A stretch of 64,000 nt of DNA from Tubulanus polymorphus. Taxonomy: Eukaryota; Animalia; Nemertea. Both the position numbers and the translations under genes were made by a program. Below are positions 11,741 to 25,170 of this stretch, piece by piece; the first letter of the stretch is position 1, and the number at the start of each line of letters is the position of its first letter. The notes beneath the pieces were generated by a model. It was not told the DNA's origin. It made no database searches and saw only the letters and a program-made list of their open reading frames with translations. The DNA lies in contig NC_134030.1 of assembly GCF_964204645.1 (NCBI RefSeq), forward strand, positions 13,696,656 through 13,760,655. The letters run 5' to 3'.

Positions 11741-13568
11741 GTAAGTACTTAACATAGGGGCATTCCCAAAGTTGTTTTTTTGGTTTTGTATACATTTGTA
11801 ATTTTCAATTAATGTTTCGGCATATATAAAGGCAACATTTAGCTGTAGTTGTCTCAATGATCACTGATGTACAAAGCTAGCGTTAATTCTGGTAAACACT
11901 CCCGGGCAAACACTGAACTTAAACCGCTTTAGTTTGAGATTCGCGCCAGAGGATTTTCCACTGCGCACCGCCATTTCACTAAACATGGGGAATAGGTTTT
12001 ACCGACTCTTAAGATATTTCAAATGAATTGAATTTGTACATTTTCTGACACGCGGTAAAAATATGTGGTTGTAGATTCACACCATCCCTGCTCTTGATTG
12101 TTGCATAGGAAAAACCCAAAAATCAACAGGAAAATCGGTATTACATTTCCTTTAAAATGATGTAAGAACTTTTTTGGAAAAAGTTTTTCAAGTAAGGGAC
12201 TGTAGAGCTGACTAAATTCAATCGAAACTTGTGAATTTGTGAATCGTAGTTCGTAGTACAGGAGAATTTAATCAAGACCATTTGACATTTGATTCATCTA
12301 CGTACTGTTGTGTTCATGTATAAGATCATCTGATTTCTTGCCTGAGAATTTAGAAATTGCGTGAGTTATCTTTACAACACGACCTACTTGCAATAAAGTG
12401 TGCAAACATGCAGAAAATAAAACCAATTTATGTTATAACAATCTACGTTGAAAGAGAACGGCTTTTGCGAACGACGTCAAACGCAAAAAAAGTATTTCAA
12501 AGTTGACAGCATATTTAATTTCCATGTTCCAACGTCAATCAGACGAAGTCCTGTTTTACTTCGTATTGCTTGACCATATAACTCAAGGTTGATTCTTACC
12601 ATTTCCATTATATCTAAGTAATGTATATTCGTGTATTTCAATAGGTAGAAAATATCTTTAAGATTTTTTCATTCCCCAAACTTTACCGAGTAAGCGCGGA
12701 ATATATATTATACTCGAATATACTCGATTGATATTATTTATAACGTTGCGGCAGGGATTCGAAACTGATACCATAGTCTACGTCGTTTCATCTTGCAATA
12801 TACGTAGCAACAATTTTGTGTTGCTTCGCAAAAGCGTTTACGTAGTATATTAGGCCTATCCGGTATTAAATCACGCTCGCGTTCTAAAAATAAGATTATA
12901 TTCTCATTTCTTAAGAATTTATTTCCCGTTAACAGACAAAGCCGATCTCATGTGTTTTTGTATGTATTGTAGCACACTATGCATTTACCTGAGGAATTCT
13001 AAGCGACAGTAATCTATTATCCACCGAATAAGAGCCGAGTTGTATTATTATAAACCTGCGTGATTTCGTTAATTGTGGGAATATAATGAACACGTACAGA
13101 ATGGTACGTCACGACTGTTAATAAAGGCGATATACAGGCGATTCGATCCAGGACGGTAAACAACGTCGGAGTTCCTAGCAAACAGTTTGTTTGCACATAC
13201 GTACGTATATAATCGCTCTACAGTGTCAGTTTGACTCAGTACTGCGACGGACTTACACAGTTTTGGAGATATACTGAATTGCTTTTCTGCTTTCAACTGA
13301 GAAAAAAATACTTAGTATAGGATACAACTCTTGGATATGTTGAGGTGCTTCAATTGTGGTGATGAAATTGGGAAATTCTGAACTTGATAACAAACGATAA
13401 TTCGTGTGACGTCTATCGATTATTTGTCATACATCGTGATTTCCGAGATACGTTGAAATATATCTTAACTCAACTTAAACACTAAAGTTCACAGAAGTTT
13501 TAGTCGGCTAGAGTTGGACTTGAATTCCTTCACACTCGAAAACGAAATTAGTGTTTTTGAGAACAACG

Positions 13569-14804
13569 ATGGCGGGAGTTTACGATCAGCCAACCAATGC
13601 TGCTATAGCCGGGACATTAATCTGCTTCGTAGTTATTCCCAGTTTGTTGTTGAACAGTTTCTTAATCTCGATGTTTGCCAAAAGAAAGCGCCTTCAGGTC
13701 CCTGTTATGTACTTCCTTATCAGTTTGGCTACCTCCGACATTATTGGTGTAGTCATCTGGTGTCTCCCAACAGTAATAGCTGCGCTCGGTTTCGACTATT
13801 TGTACACCGATGTCGGATTGTGTCAAACTCAGGTGATCACGTGGACCTTTCATCAAACACTGAACAGCCACACGTTCGTCATCCTAACGCTAGAACGGTG
13901 CTTAAAATTCTGGAATCCGAATCTGCACTCGAAAGTGTTTTACAACGATATAGTGGTCATCATGATGATCGTGGGACATTGGATTTTTGAACTTGTTTGC
14001 GCACTCTTTCCGCTGATGGGTTGGGGCACTCCTACTTACTACCCGCGTCAACTCCAGTGCAACTTCAACAATCCAAAAATGCCTTCACATCTAAATGCCA
14101 TGTTTTTCTACACGTTTTGTGTGCCGTTTTTGTTCATGATTATAGTTTGGCCGATGATCGCGACCAAATATCGCCAGCTGACCGCAAAGGTAGCGCCATG
14201 GGACGACTCAGCATTGGCGGCGCAAGCTGAGAGTTACGGTGGCAACCTGGCGGCTGACAGCAAGAAATCACCTGTTCGTAAAGGGCGTGGCACGAAGGCT
14301 GTTGACGAAGATGATTGGTCGGAAGATGAATTATACAGTCAGATTGTTGCCCTTCGACCTTATGAAGATTACGACGGACGAGAGTACCACAAACACGTTT
14401 ATAAGTACCGAATGCGTGAATATTATTTAGCGGTAACGATATTTGTAGCCTGGTTAATTTTTCTTCTTTGTTGGTTGATATTCATTTCGATGACTTATAT
14501 GCAAGTGTACCAGGCCACCAACGACATCAGTAGCGGCGTGTATGTTAGTGCCACCTGGTGGGCCATGTTCACATTAGCATGTAAACCAGTGTTTTATTTC
14601 ATCGTTAATCCAAGGTTTAGATGGAATCTGCGAAAAGCATTGAATTGTCAACCGTTCCCTCAAAAGAAACCGAAGCCAGCCCCGGCTACACATACAACCC
14701 CTCGAATCCGTGAGGATCCGGTCTATGCTAAAAGTACCGGTCCACAAAATCAGAATATCTACCGACACGTAGCTCCTGGTCTTGATTATAAAGATGGCAT
14801 ATAA
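13569..14804 (+). CDS. Orphan rhodopsin-class (class A) GPCR, single coding exon, nested in SKAP-like intron
   Basis: 411-aa open frame, seven hydrophobic helices, TM1 Asn, SLATSD (TM2), TM3 Cys and ERC, PLMGWG after TM4, ECL2 Cys, FLLCWL (TM6), KPVFY + NPRFR (TM7/H8). Confidence 0.93.
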   Translation: MAGVYDQPTNAAIAGTLICFVVIPSLLLNSFLISMFAKRKRLQVPVMYFLISLATSDIIGVVIWCLPTVIAALGFDYLYTDVGLCQTQVITWTFHQTLNSHTFVILTLERCLKFWNPNLHSKVFYNDIVVIMMIVGHWIFELVCALFPLMGWGTPTYYPRQLQCNFNNPKMPSHLNAMFFYTFCVPFLFMIIVWPMIATKYRQLTAKVAPWDDSALAAQAESYGGNLAADSKKSPVRKGRGTKAVDEDDWSEDELYSQIVALRPYEDYDGREYHKHVYKYRMREYYLAVTIFVAWLIFLLCWLIFISMTYMQVYQATNDISSGVYVSATWWAMFTLACKPVFYFIVNPRFRWNLRKALNCQPFPQKKPKPAPATHTTPRIREDPVYAKSTGPQNQNIYRHVAPGLDYKDGI

Positions 14805-16143
14805 GATAGAAATCACATCAACTGAGCGTAGCCAGTTTTCTACAAAGCTACGTACGTGGTCTTTTGCGCTTCAATTCAACCAACATTTCTAAGTGTATAA
14901 ATCAATGATAATGTAAAACTACCAAACACCGATTTGGTAATTCAATCTTAAACCTAGCGTATGAGAGACAAATTCCAAATGGCAAATCAAAACAAGAATC
15001 ATTTTCGTGCTTGTTCATGTGCGGTCTTCTGAAACCCGAGACACAGATAATAATTTGCGTAACCAACATGTTGGTCAGATCGTCAAGATAATTACTCCAA
15101 GGTCAGAGAAGCTAAGGAATAAACGCAATTAGTATGCGATTACCAGTTAGCGGCAGCGTAAAATCACATGCCTGGCGATAAAACGGTTACCACCGTTGAG
15201 CAGTAGGTTTCTTTCGGTATTTATTATTTGCTGTGAGCGAACTGAGTCATAGAAACATATCGAAAAAAAATCCGTTTCGGGTTCATGTCTGCAGTGGTTA
15301 ATGTGAATTACTTTTTTGTGACCTTTTTGATGAAAATTACCAAGCGATTGCGACTCACTAACCGATGACCGTCATTGACCCTGGTTTCTGCAACAAACAG
15401 TTATCTGTAAGCTGTACATGTGCGCAATTATATGTTTCTGGCATATCATTGCCTGATAAATATTATTGGTTATTTTTATAGATGATTTAAAATTAGATAA
15501 TCGTTTTACCATTAAAAACAAACATATATAATGCTACTTGTATTTGTTAGCCATTGTCATCACCTGGATGAAAGTTTTTGTACAACAATTCGGGACCCAC
15601 GAATCCGCCTCAAAATGGTGCGTGATAATTTGAAACTTGCCGATTGTCGCTTATCCTGCTTAGAGAGGCAAGATAACTTTGCTATTAAACAACAAAGAAA
15701 TCCTATAGTATAGCACTGTAATTTGTACACACACTAGATAGGAGTGATCCTCCCTCATACTATGGCCCATGATTCAACTTTTTAAGATTTATCAATATCC
15801 AAATTTATTTTTGAGTTGTTGTTTGTCACTAGTGGTGCCAATTCTGTGTCTAGTTTCTGCGCATATATTAGCATTTAAGGGAGGATTAATTTATGGCACT
15901 GAATCTACGTCGTTCGTTCTATTGCCAAGATATTTTCATAATAATACTAAAGAACCGGTTTATTTATTTAAAGCAATAATTTTCTCTCGTTCATTGTTGA
16001 TATTGAATACTTTTATGAAAAGTTTTCCAGAAAAGCTGGTTTCTCTTCTGTTTTTATAACACAGCAGGCGTGAGCATATGTGGTGCCATTGTGAAAATCA
16101 AATATATATGTATATATATGCATATAATGTAGATTTTGTACCG

Positions 16144-16149
16144 AATAAA
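16144..16149 (+). terminator. Candidate polyadenylation signal of the nested GPCR
   Basis: AATAAA at the end of ~1.3 kb of repeat-free sequence, preceded by a tttgta motif and followed by a T-rich tract. Confidence 0.35.
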
Positions 16150-16206
16150 CATTTTCTTTATCATACGTATATCTCATATTAACACATATAAACGATATCT
16201 CATTCT

Positions 16207-16510
16207 AAGCCCACTTGGGACTTAAGTCGTTCACTTTTGTCCACCGTCCGTCCGTAGACAGAATCCAGTTATCTTGGAATGCATTGAAGACGCTTCAATG
16301 GGTTGTCTTGATATTTGGTTTACGTCCAAGTATATATATACCCATACATCTGCAGCCCAAACCTACGCAGATGAAAATTAAGATGGTCGACTCGCAGCCA
16401 TTAATGTTCGCCAAAATTAGTATTTTAGACATTTTGATGTTTTCAAGGGAAACTTTGAAGATGCTTTCAGCGATCTTTTGGCGTTTCATATGCACGAAGG
16501 TGGGTCGATA
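16207..16510 (+). mobile_element. HINE family 1, diverged 5' fragment
   Basis: agcccacttgggacttaagtc...cgtccgtccgtagac similar to 2487..2820. Confidence 0.75.
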
Positions 16511-17179
16511 CCTGTAGCTTACTAATGGTTCGCCTTTTAGTTTACCTACGTTTCCGACAGTTTGTTGGCAGTCTGCCAAGAAGTTAACGAATGATAAATT
16601 GCTAAATTCATACCTACGGGATTCGGTCATACCTACGGGATTTAAATTTTATCAATCATGAAACAAATGAAATTGGTTCACGGAGAGGTGTAAGAGCTTG
16701 GTCGTGATGATGCAACATTTTCCGAGGAATAAGCTTAAACCGTTGGAAACCTTTCGCTTTCTACAATCGCTACGATTTGCAGAGCAAGTGATTTGCTTGA
16801 TTTATCGAATCAATTCGAGTAATAATTTAAATAGATGCTGAATCGATTTGAAAAATCAAGTAGATAATTTGGCAAAAAGATGAAAACGCGTAAGATGGGA
16901 AGAATTCTGTTCAACTAGGTATGTGGTTCGCTTATATTCGTGTTGACGAATATAATAGATTAGGCTATCTAGTTAAGTATCCGAACTTAGTAAGTATGGC
17001 AGTGCTAGCATTGAATCAATGTATTTATTTAACTAAAACCTATACAAAATACACCGTGTTTGAATCATCAAGGAGGGACAACACTTTTAGCGGCAACTTC
17101 GCTACCTGAGAGCTCCTGCAGGGCGGTCTATTGCAATGGCTTTGTGCCAAAATAGAATGCCATCTAAAATGCCATTCAG

Positions 17180-17776
17180 TATGCTGGCTGATAAGGGCCA
17201 AATGCACTAATTTTTACACGACCCCGATTATAGAAAAAAGCAAAACAAAATCCTTAGGGCGCAAAAACAAAATATAAGAGCGCAAAAACGAAAATATTCG
17301 TTTTTTCTCTATGAGTTTTTTGCACCATAAAATTCGTTTTTGTGCCCTTGCAAAAAACGTCGTTTTTGCTACTGCGCGAAAAAGAAATATTATAGCGCAA
17401 AAACGAAAAAATTCCTTTTTGATTTTTCGTTTTTGCACCCCAAAAAAATGAACTTTCGATTTTGCTCTATGGATTTCCGTTTTGTATTCTTTTCTATAAT
17501 CGAGGTCATATGAAAATAATTCATTAGAACATAATTCATTAGTTCGTTTTTGCTAGGGTGCAAAAACGAATATTATGTAGGAAAAACGAAAAATCATAGA
17601 GCAACAACGAATGTTTTCGTTTTTGCGCTATAATATTTCGTTTTTGTGCGGTGAAATTCGTTTTTGCTAGGACGCAAAAATGACCAGTTCGTTTTTGCTG
17701 TATAACTCTCGTTTTGCATTTTGCATAATCGAAGCTGTGTTAAAATTATTGCATTTGGCCCTTATCAGCCACCATA
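17180..17776. mobile_element. MITE with TIRs and (AAAACG)n subterminal repeats
   Basis: tatgctggctgataagggccaaatgcactaatttt vs reverse complement of aaaattattgcatttggcccttatcagccaccata; internal arms are also inverted. Confidence 0.8.
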
Positions 17777-17859
17777 ATTTAAACTATTTGGGCGGCCTAT
17801 TTTCCTCCACGTGTGAACCTCTGTGAAGAATGTTATAGGAAGCCTCCGCCAGTACAAGA

Positions 17860-19140
17860 GTGAATCATGTGTTTTAGTGTGTGATTTCTCTTACCATTAT
17901 ATGGTGTTCACTTCTTTCAATTTTCAGCATAAAACAAAAACTCCTAAAAAGGAGGTTAAAACTATCGACTTATAAATGATAGAACCTGACAGATTTTTAA
18001 CCAATTGGCACTATGTGTTGTATATAAACGATGCAGAAATTGCATACAGTAGATTCTATAATATTTCTAAAGTCGATGATTCTTTTCTAATTAGGACTGC
18101 TAAGAATTCCCGGTATTCTAGCCGCCAACGACCCTGGATGTCTAATCGGTTACTTATATCTCTTAAGCATAGCAACTTGATGTATAAACGATTCAAATCA
18201 CATAAAACACAGCAATCAAAAAATAGATATTGTAAATTTAGAAATTTATTCAACAAGCTATTAGGTATTGCCAAGAGGAATTATTACATCAAACAATTGA
18301 ATGAAGTAAGTGGTATGAAACAAACGTGGAAAAACATTTATAATATTCTAGGCAAGAGCAAAGGTAAAAAGTAAAAATTACCCTGACTCTTTCAAAAACG
18401 GCGTTACAGTAATACAGGACGATCAAAATGTTGCAAATACTTTCAATGACTTTTTTGTGTCAATTGGACCCCAATTGGCAGAAAAAAATCCTAATTCACC
18501 CAAACATTTTACTGAGTATTTGAGTAACATGAACGATCAGAGTTTATTTTTGTATCTAACTTCTAGTAACGAAATAGAGAAACTAGCCAAAGCGATGAAA
18601 TGCAAAAGCACATGTGGCTGATGGAATTAGTCAAAAGGTTCTGAAATCAGTAATTGATTCGATTTCAGCTCCTCAGAGTCATATTTTTAATTGTAGCTTG
18701 TCAATTGGCATAGTACCAACTCCTTTTAAATCTGCTCTAGTTACTCCTTTATTCAAAAGTGGTGATCAACATGTATTCCGTAATTAGACCAATCTCAGTT
18801 CTACCATCAATATCTAAATTACTTGAGAGAATTGTATATACAAGAATCGTGGTATTTATGGAGAAATATAATTTAATACAAACTCCCAATTTGGTTCTAG
18901 AAAGGGATATTCTAATAAAATGGCTTAAACACTTATAACCAACCATATTTTTCAAAATCTAGAAACTGGAAACACCACTGTTGGAATTTATTTCGATCTA
19001 AGTAAGCCTTTGATACGTTAAATCCTCAAATTTTGTTACGTAAATCAAATTCATACGGAATTAGAGGTATTCCCCACAAATGGTTAGAAGATTATTTGAG
19101 CGATCGTGTACAAATTGTCAAATACAAATCGTAGTATTCT
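17860..19140 (+). mobile_element. CR1/L2-clade LINE ORF2 fragment (linker + N-terminal RT)
   Basis: PWMSNRL...AKRNYY...KQTWKNI, ANTFNDFFVSIGPQLA, HIFNCSLSIGIVP, RPISVLPSISKLLERIVY, DLSKxFDT, YGIRG; frameshifted. Confidence 0.9.
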
Positions 19141-19451
19141 TTGATAATTGAACAGCAAATCCAATTCAATTTTGTTTTATTGAGCTAATTTCAGAAAATC
19201 CAATTCTATTCCGCATTCAAATCAATAAATAAGACCAAGGGAAAAGATTTATCTGAGGTATTTGTTCCTGCAAGCTCCAGTCGCTGTCTGTGCTACTTAT
19301 GAAAACACGATTGAATTGTGTAAATTATTAGCCTGGGATTGACTAGTCCATGAGCTGGGAGTGTATTTGGACAAATTTAACCTACAAAATGCATCGTTTG
19401 CCATTTTATAAAAAGCTGACAGGCTGGCCATAGTGCCCCTTGGGGCTATTG

Positions 19452-22400
19452 TTATTAGGGTTTCTGCTGCCTTCGCAGAAACCCTATTGTATTCCTGCTG
19501 ATTATTATCATTATTATTATTATTATATTCTTTTTCACACTGGATCTTATTGAAAGGATTTAAACAACTGCAACTTACTTTCAGTCGGCGAAACCATTCT
19601 GTATCACAAGTACTAGGCTGCATTGACAAGTACTGTATATAATATTAATTAGAATTGCACGGTTTACTCACTGTGAGCCCCTAAACATCGAAAATTTAAG
19701 CCCGATTCAAACAGTATCCATCTACGTATGTGTATTGCCTACGTGTCTTATTCCCACAGTGCGACAGTGCGTGTATTTGTGTGCGTATCCGTATATGCAG
19801 TGATGGAGAGCCCTGTTCTAGATCAGTAGTAAAAAGTATTTTTATCACTCTACGAGTCGATTGTTTTGCCGTTGAAATGGGACATTCTCGAGTGAACGCA
19901 ACTGAGGAATTTTTATAGCCTCGTTTGTGCCGCATATACGTACGTACAAGCAATAGCATCCTTGCAGTAACTTCCCTGGATAGAGCTATCGATAACGCGA
20001 GAGCCTGGATGACTATATTCTTCTGCTAGCATTACAATATTCCTTGACGGATTTACTCGAAACTTTCGTGAGATGTACGGAACACAGGTAGCTTGAGGTA
20101 AGTCGAAGGGATCTTTGATTTGGGACCCCGTTCACCAACCGGGGGTGTTTTACATTTGAAAATTCTGACATCGAAAAGTTACTGTGTCACAAAATTTTTT
20201 GTCTTAGACTTTTCAGCTTCGGGCGAGCACGAAAGTTGTTCATAACAGCCTGGAGGTTAAAAAAGTCAATGGCACGCCCTATCTACGATTAACCGTTTGG
20301 GCTCTACGGGCTCGAAAATAGGCCCCCAAATTTTTTGATGAGATTTTTGCTCCTAGCTCCTTTACCGTTGGAGATAGAATCGTGGTTGCAACGAGTGATC
20401 AGTAGCCCTTGCGAAGACGCTTTTATTGATGCATGGTATAACTATGTAACTCATATGGTTCTCCAGTAGCGCCACCTATAAGACGCTGGAAAACGCGTTT
20501 TCATCTATATCGACTAAGGGTATCAATGGATTTCTATAAAAATTGATACACATGTACCTGGTTACAAAACGAAACGAACCCCTCATATGATTAGTTCCCA
20601 TTTTAACCACTAGGGGGCGTAAATTTTGAAAAATCGATTTCAGCATCCATTTTTCGCATTTAATGCGGTCTGTTTATTGCGAAAATCACAAAACTTGGTA
20701 TAAGTACAAAGACATGTGTGTAATATGCCATCCTGCATAAATAGTTCATACAACTGCCACCAAGGGACTGTGAAAACAACGATTTTTGCTCCTAGGTCCT
20801 TAACCGTTGGCGATAGAATCGAGGTTGCAATGTGTGGTTAGTAGCCCTTTTCAAGATACTTGGATTTATGTATGGTTTAAGTAGGTAACCTATATGGTTC
20901 TTCAGGAGCGCCACCTACATTTTGCTGGAAATACATTTTTTTAAATATCTACTAAGCGGATAATGGGATTTCTATGACAATTGATATACATGTACCTGGA
21001 TATAAGATACAACGAATCCCTAACACAATGAGTTCCTATTCTAACCACTAGGGGGCGTTAATGTTGAAAATTCATTCTAGCATCAGTTTTTCGATTGTAA
21101 TTCAGTAGTATGCTAACTGGCAAATTACCGGCCACTCGCAGGGCATGGTAAAAGTACCGTATCTTCGTTATTCTCGGTGTCATTTCCCCTAACCTTGGTA
21201 CAATAGAACTTTTCGTGTAGTATCCCATGTGAATCAACATAGCCATGTTATCAGCTGACCCCTAGGTGGCGTTCCTCATCCAGCAAGGCAGAAACCCGTT
21301 ATCGCTGCTTTGCAGCTATATTTATTATTATTATTTCTTTTCCACTTTCCAGCCACAAATTTTTCATGAAATATAACTCCTCTCAGATTCGACCACTAAC
21401 TGCATATAAACGTAATTTTAGATTCTGACAGAAATATAACTCAGCGTCTGACCATTTCGAATTATCGTTTAGTGATTCATTATGAATAAATCCTGCGACA
21501 AGAATGTCGAAAAGAATACGTGTACTGACAGAGTGTACTGCGTGGCTCAGTTGTGGATGACATAGTTAAATCAGTAAAATGAACATAGTAGTGGTATTTT
21601 ACGTATGTCGAATGCTTCGCGTGCTAAATGAGGTCATTCTCATGTGAATACAATTTTTATAGCCTTGCCGTATCCACAAGTAAAGGCATGCTATATATGA
21701 AACAATACTCTGCTAGGGTAGTAACAAGAATATTCCTCAATGGATTTACTTGAAACTTACGTAAGATGTACGTAAGGCAGGTACCTTCAGGTAAGTCTAA
21801 GGGATCTTTGATTGGGGACTCCGATCCATACCAGGGGTGTTTTACTTTTGAAAATTCTGACATGGAAAAAGTGCTGTGTGAGAAAAATTTTTGTCTTTGA
21901 GTTTTCAGCTTCAGGCGAGCACGAAAGTTGTTCATGACAGCCCAGAGGTTAAAAAAAGTCAATGGCACGCCCTGTCTGTGATTAACCATTTGGGCTCTAT
22001 GGGCTTGAAAATGGCCCCCAAATTGTTTAGATGAGACGTTTGCTCCTGGCTCCATAACCGTTGGAGATGGAATTGTGGTTGCAGTGAGTAGTCAGTAGCC
22101 CTTGACAAGACGCTTCTATTGATGTATGGTATAACTATGTAACTCATATGGTTCCCCAGTAGCGCCATCTATTCAATGCTGGAAAACGCATTTTCATGTA
22201 TATCGACTAAGCATATTAATGGATTTCTATAAAAATTGATACACATGTACCTGGTTACTTAATACAACCAACCCCTCACATTATTAGTTCCTATTCTAAC
22301 CACTAGGGAGCGTTAATTTTGAAAATTCATTTCAATGTGGTATGTTTATTTCGAAAATCACAAAACTTGGTATAATTACGAAGACCTGTGTGTAATTTGC

Positions 22401-22850
22401 CAACTTCTATGTTTAGGTTATACTACCGCCACCGGGGGACTGTGAAAACAACGATTTTTGCTCCCTATAACCATTGGTGATAGAATAGTGGTTGCAATGT
22501 GCGGCCAGTGGCCCTTTACAAGACACTTGTATTGATGTATGGTCTAAGCTGGTATCTCACATGGTTCTCCAGTTTCCAGTAGCGCCACCTATAAGTTGCT
22601 GGAAATGCATTTTCATTGATATCTACTAAGTGAATTAAGGGATATCTATGAAAATTGATACACATGTACCTGGGTATAAAATACAACGAACCCCTCACAT
22701 AATTAGTTCCTATTCTAACCACTAGAGGGCGTACATTTTGGAAACTCATTCTAGCATCCCTTTTGCGCGTGTAATTCAACCATTTTATTAAATATATTAG
22801 AAAACCTGGTGTGAGTAAATATGCTAATATACAAATTAGTTCATACAACT
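19452..22850 (+). mobile_element. HINE family 2, head-to-tail dimer (full copy ~19452..21323, truncated copy ~21324..22850)
   Basis: 5' hairpin tagggtttctgc...gcagaaacccta, (ATT)n microsatellite, 3' subTIR gcagaaaccc + stem-loop gctgctttgcagc; ~19890..21110 is repeated at ~21655..22790. Confidence 0.8.
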
Positions 22851-22953
22851 AAACAAATTTGTTGACTTCTAAAAATCATGTTATTATTTTAGCATTTTGG
22901 CCTTTGTGATAAACAGGGTCCATTGCTAGCTAGTAGTGAATGTAGTGAATAGC

Positions 22954-23878
22954 GGCTCAAGTCCATTATAGCATTAAATAGTTCCAGCAGAGACTTATCA
23001 CATTGGAACGGTATTTGGAATTAATCCGCCAATATTGGACTGATTGAATCTTACGACATTACGCCATAGGGACGTGCGAACATACCGACATACCGACAAA
23101 CCGACGAACCGACAAACCGACGAACCGACAAACCGACGAACCGACAAACCGACATACCGACATACCGACAAACCGACAAACCGACATACCGATAAACCGA
23201 CATACCGACGAACCGACAAACCGACATACCGGCAAACCGACGAACCGACAAATCCTTGCGTGGATTACCCTTATATAAAGTGGCTGGGATCGAGGGGCTG
23301 CGTGTATGCGTGGATTACCCTTATGTTAAGTGGCTGGGATCGAGGGGCTGGGTATGTACCTGGATTACCCTTGTATAAATTGGCTGGGATCGAGGGGCTG
23401 TGTGGTGCATGAATTACCCTTATATAAAGTGGCTGGGATCGAGGGGCTGGGTATATGCGTGGATTACCCGCCGATTACCCTCATATAAAGTGGCTAGGAT
23501 CGAGGGGCTGGGTATATGCGTGGATTACCCGCCGATTTCCCTCATATAAAGTGGCTAGGATCGAGGGGCTGCGTGGTTGCGTGGATTACCCTTATATAAA
23601 GTGGCTGGGATCGAGAGGCTGCGTGGTTGCGTGGATTACCCTTATATAATGTGGCTCGGATCGAGGGACAGGGTTTTTCCGTGGATTACCCGTGGCTGGA
23701 TCGAGGGAATACGAGTATGTCGGTTCGTCGGTTCGTCGGTTCGTCGGTTCGTCGGTTTGTCGGTATGTCGGTTTGTCGGTTTGTCGGTTTGTCTTGAAAA
23801 GTACGTAGCCGAATTACTCCTTTTCTAAAAATGTATCTTTGAGCGGGGAACTATTCCACGCTATACTGGACTTGAACC
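22954..23878. mobile_element. Non-autonomous Merlin-like DNA transposon with internal micro/minisatellites
   Basis: Exact 8-bp TSD tgaatagc (22946..22953, 23879..23886); GG...CC termini with ~31-bp imperfect TIRs; (ACCGACAA)n left, inverted (TTGTCGGT)n right; central ~51-bp tandem repeat tggattacccttatataaagtggctgggatcgaggggctg. Confidence 0.85.
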
Positions 23879-24329
23879 TGAATAGCAGTGAATTTAAAAA
23901 ATTCTAACGGCCGTAATTATCAGTAACCACTGAAGGAGGGTATCTATTTGAGTCATTGGGGGAACCCACTACCACGTATATTCATGATAAATCGTGATGC
24001 CGTGTTGAGCCTGATTACTACATGTTATATAGCAAAAGAGCGCTTCGCAGTGTCAATTGACGGATTTCTATGAACATTTCTTGGTTCAATTGGAGACACG
24101 TTATGCTTTCATTATATGGAACACAGATCATCCTTTTAACGTCCTCTAAAAACGACGTAAGTTGAAGAAAGTAATGTTTTTATCAATCACAATTGATAAA
24201 AAACAAGTTTGAAAATGGGACCGCAAGCATCTGGAATAGTAAATTAATTGAAAGACAGGTCTATGGGCCATATTTTATCATTTGTGAAGCTGCCGCGTCA
24301 AGCCCCATGCTCTTGTTTGATTCCACGAT

Positions 24330-25170
24330 AACTCAACCAGAATTATTACTCAGAATTTTTCTGAATTCAAAATTGGACACTTTTCATATTTCTAAAGCCG
24401 ATAAAGGTGGCAAAAGTTTTCTCTTAGATATTTGCGATTATAACGAAAAATGGTCACCCTTGATGATGGTAATGTGTATAAACAATTCAAATTCTATGCC
24501 CTCTCTCGTATGCAAGCTTCATTCAACAAGAGTCTTTGTGGCATTATTCAACGGTTTCTGGACTCTAGAGAAAATTTCGAAATTCTTAACCCGTCTATAC
24601 CATATATCTATAGACTGCCTGAAACGTATGAAAAAAAGTTCCCCTCCGTCCCATTGTATCGAATTCTAATTCACCCTCTTATATTGTCGCTTATCCAAAT
24701 TTCTGGCTAAAAGGTATCACGAGGTTCTTGGTTCTTTATCCTCTCACTTACGGCACAAACAAGATTTACTGGGATGGTAAAGAAACATTATAACGCTAGA
24801 TTGATTCCGTTTGATGCTACTTGGATTTTCTTGAACGTAAACTACCATCTTCAGATTTAAATTTTGACATTCCTACTGATTGTATTAGTGAATTAATTGA
24901 AATTTGCACTCAGAACTCCTTCTGCAGTTGTAATAATTCATATTATGAACAGGTTTTTGGGAAACCAGCTTATTCCCATTTTATAGAATTCATTCCTTGC
25001 ACACATTGAAACTGAATTACTACCTCATTACACTAACCTTGGTTACAATACAATGCGTTGATGATATTCTTTCCTTTATTCCTTATGAATTTAATTTTGA
25101 TTTCTCACATTTAATTCCTTTCAACCCTCTTTGGACCGACATTCAGATTGGAAGTCGGAAAAATCCTCTT
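24330..25170 (+). mobile_element. Penelope-like reverse transcriptase remnant
   Basis: ISKADKGGK, PSIPYIYRLP...VPL, ELIEICTQNSF...YYEQVFG motifs, heavily frameshifted. Confidence 0.7.

Noticed and set aside
13514-14430. Alternative-frame ORFs overlapping the GPCR
   Set aside because: Shadow frames with no motifs.
13569-14804. Calling the GPCR a functional opsin
   Set aside because: Position equivalent to rhodopsin K296 is Met.
22998-23828. Several repetitive ORFs (TDKPT.., VCRFVG.., WLGSRG..)
   Set aside because: Artefacts of 8-bp and ~51-bp tandem repeats inside a TSD-bounded transposon.
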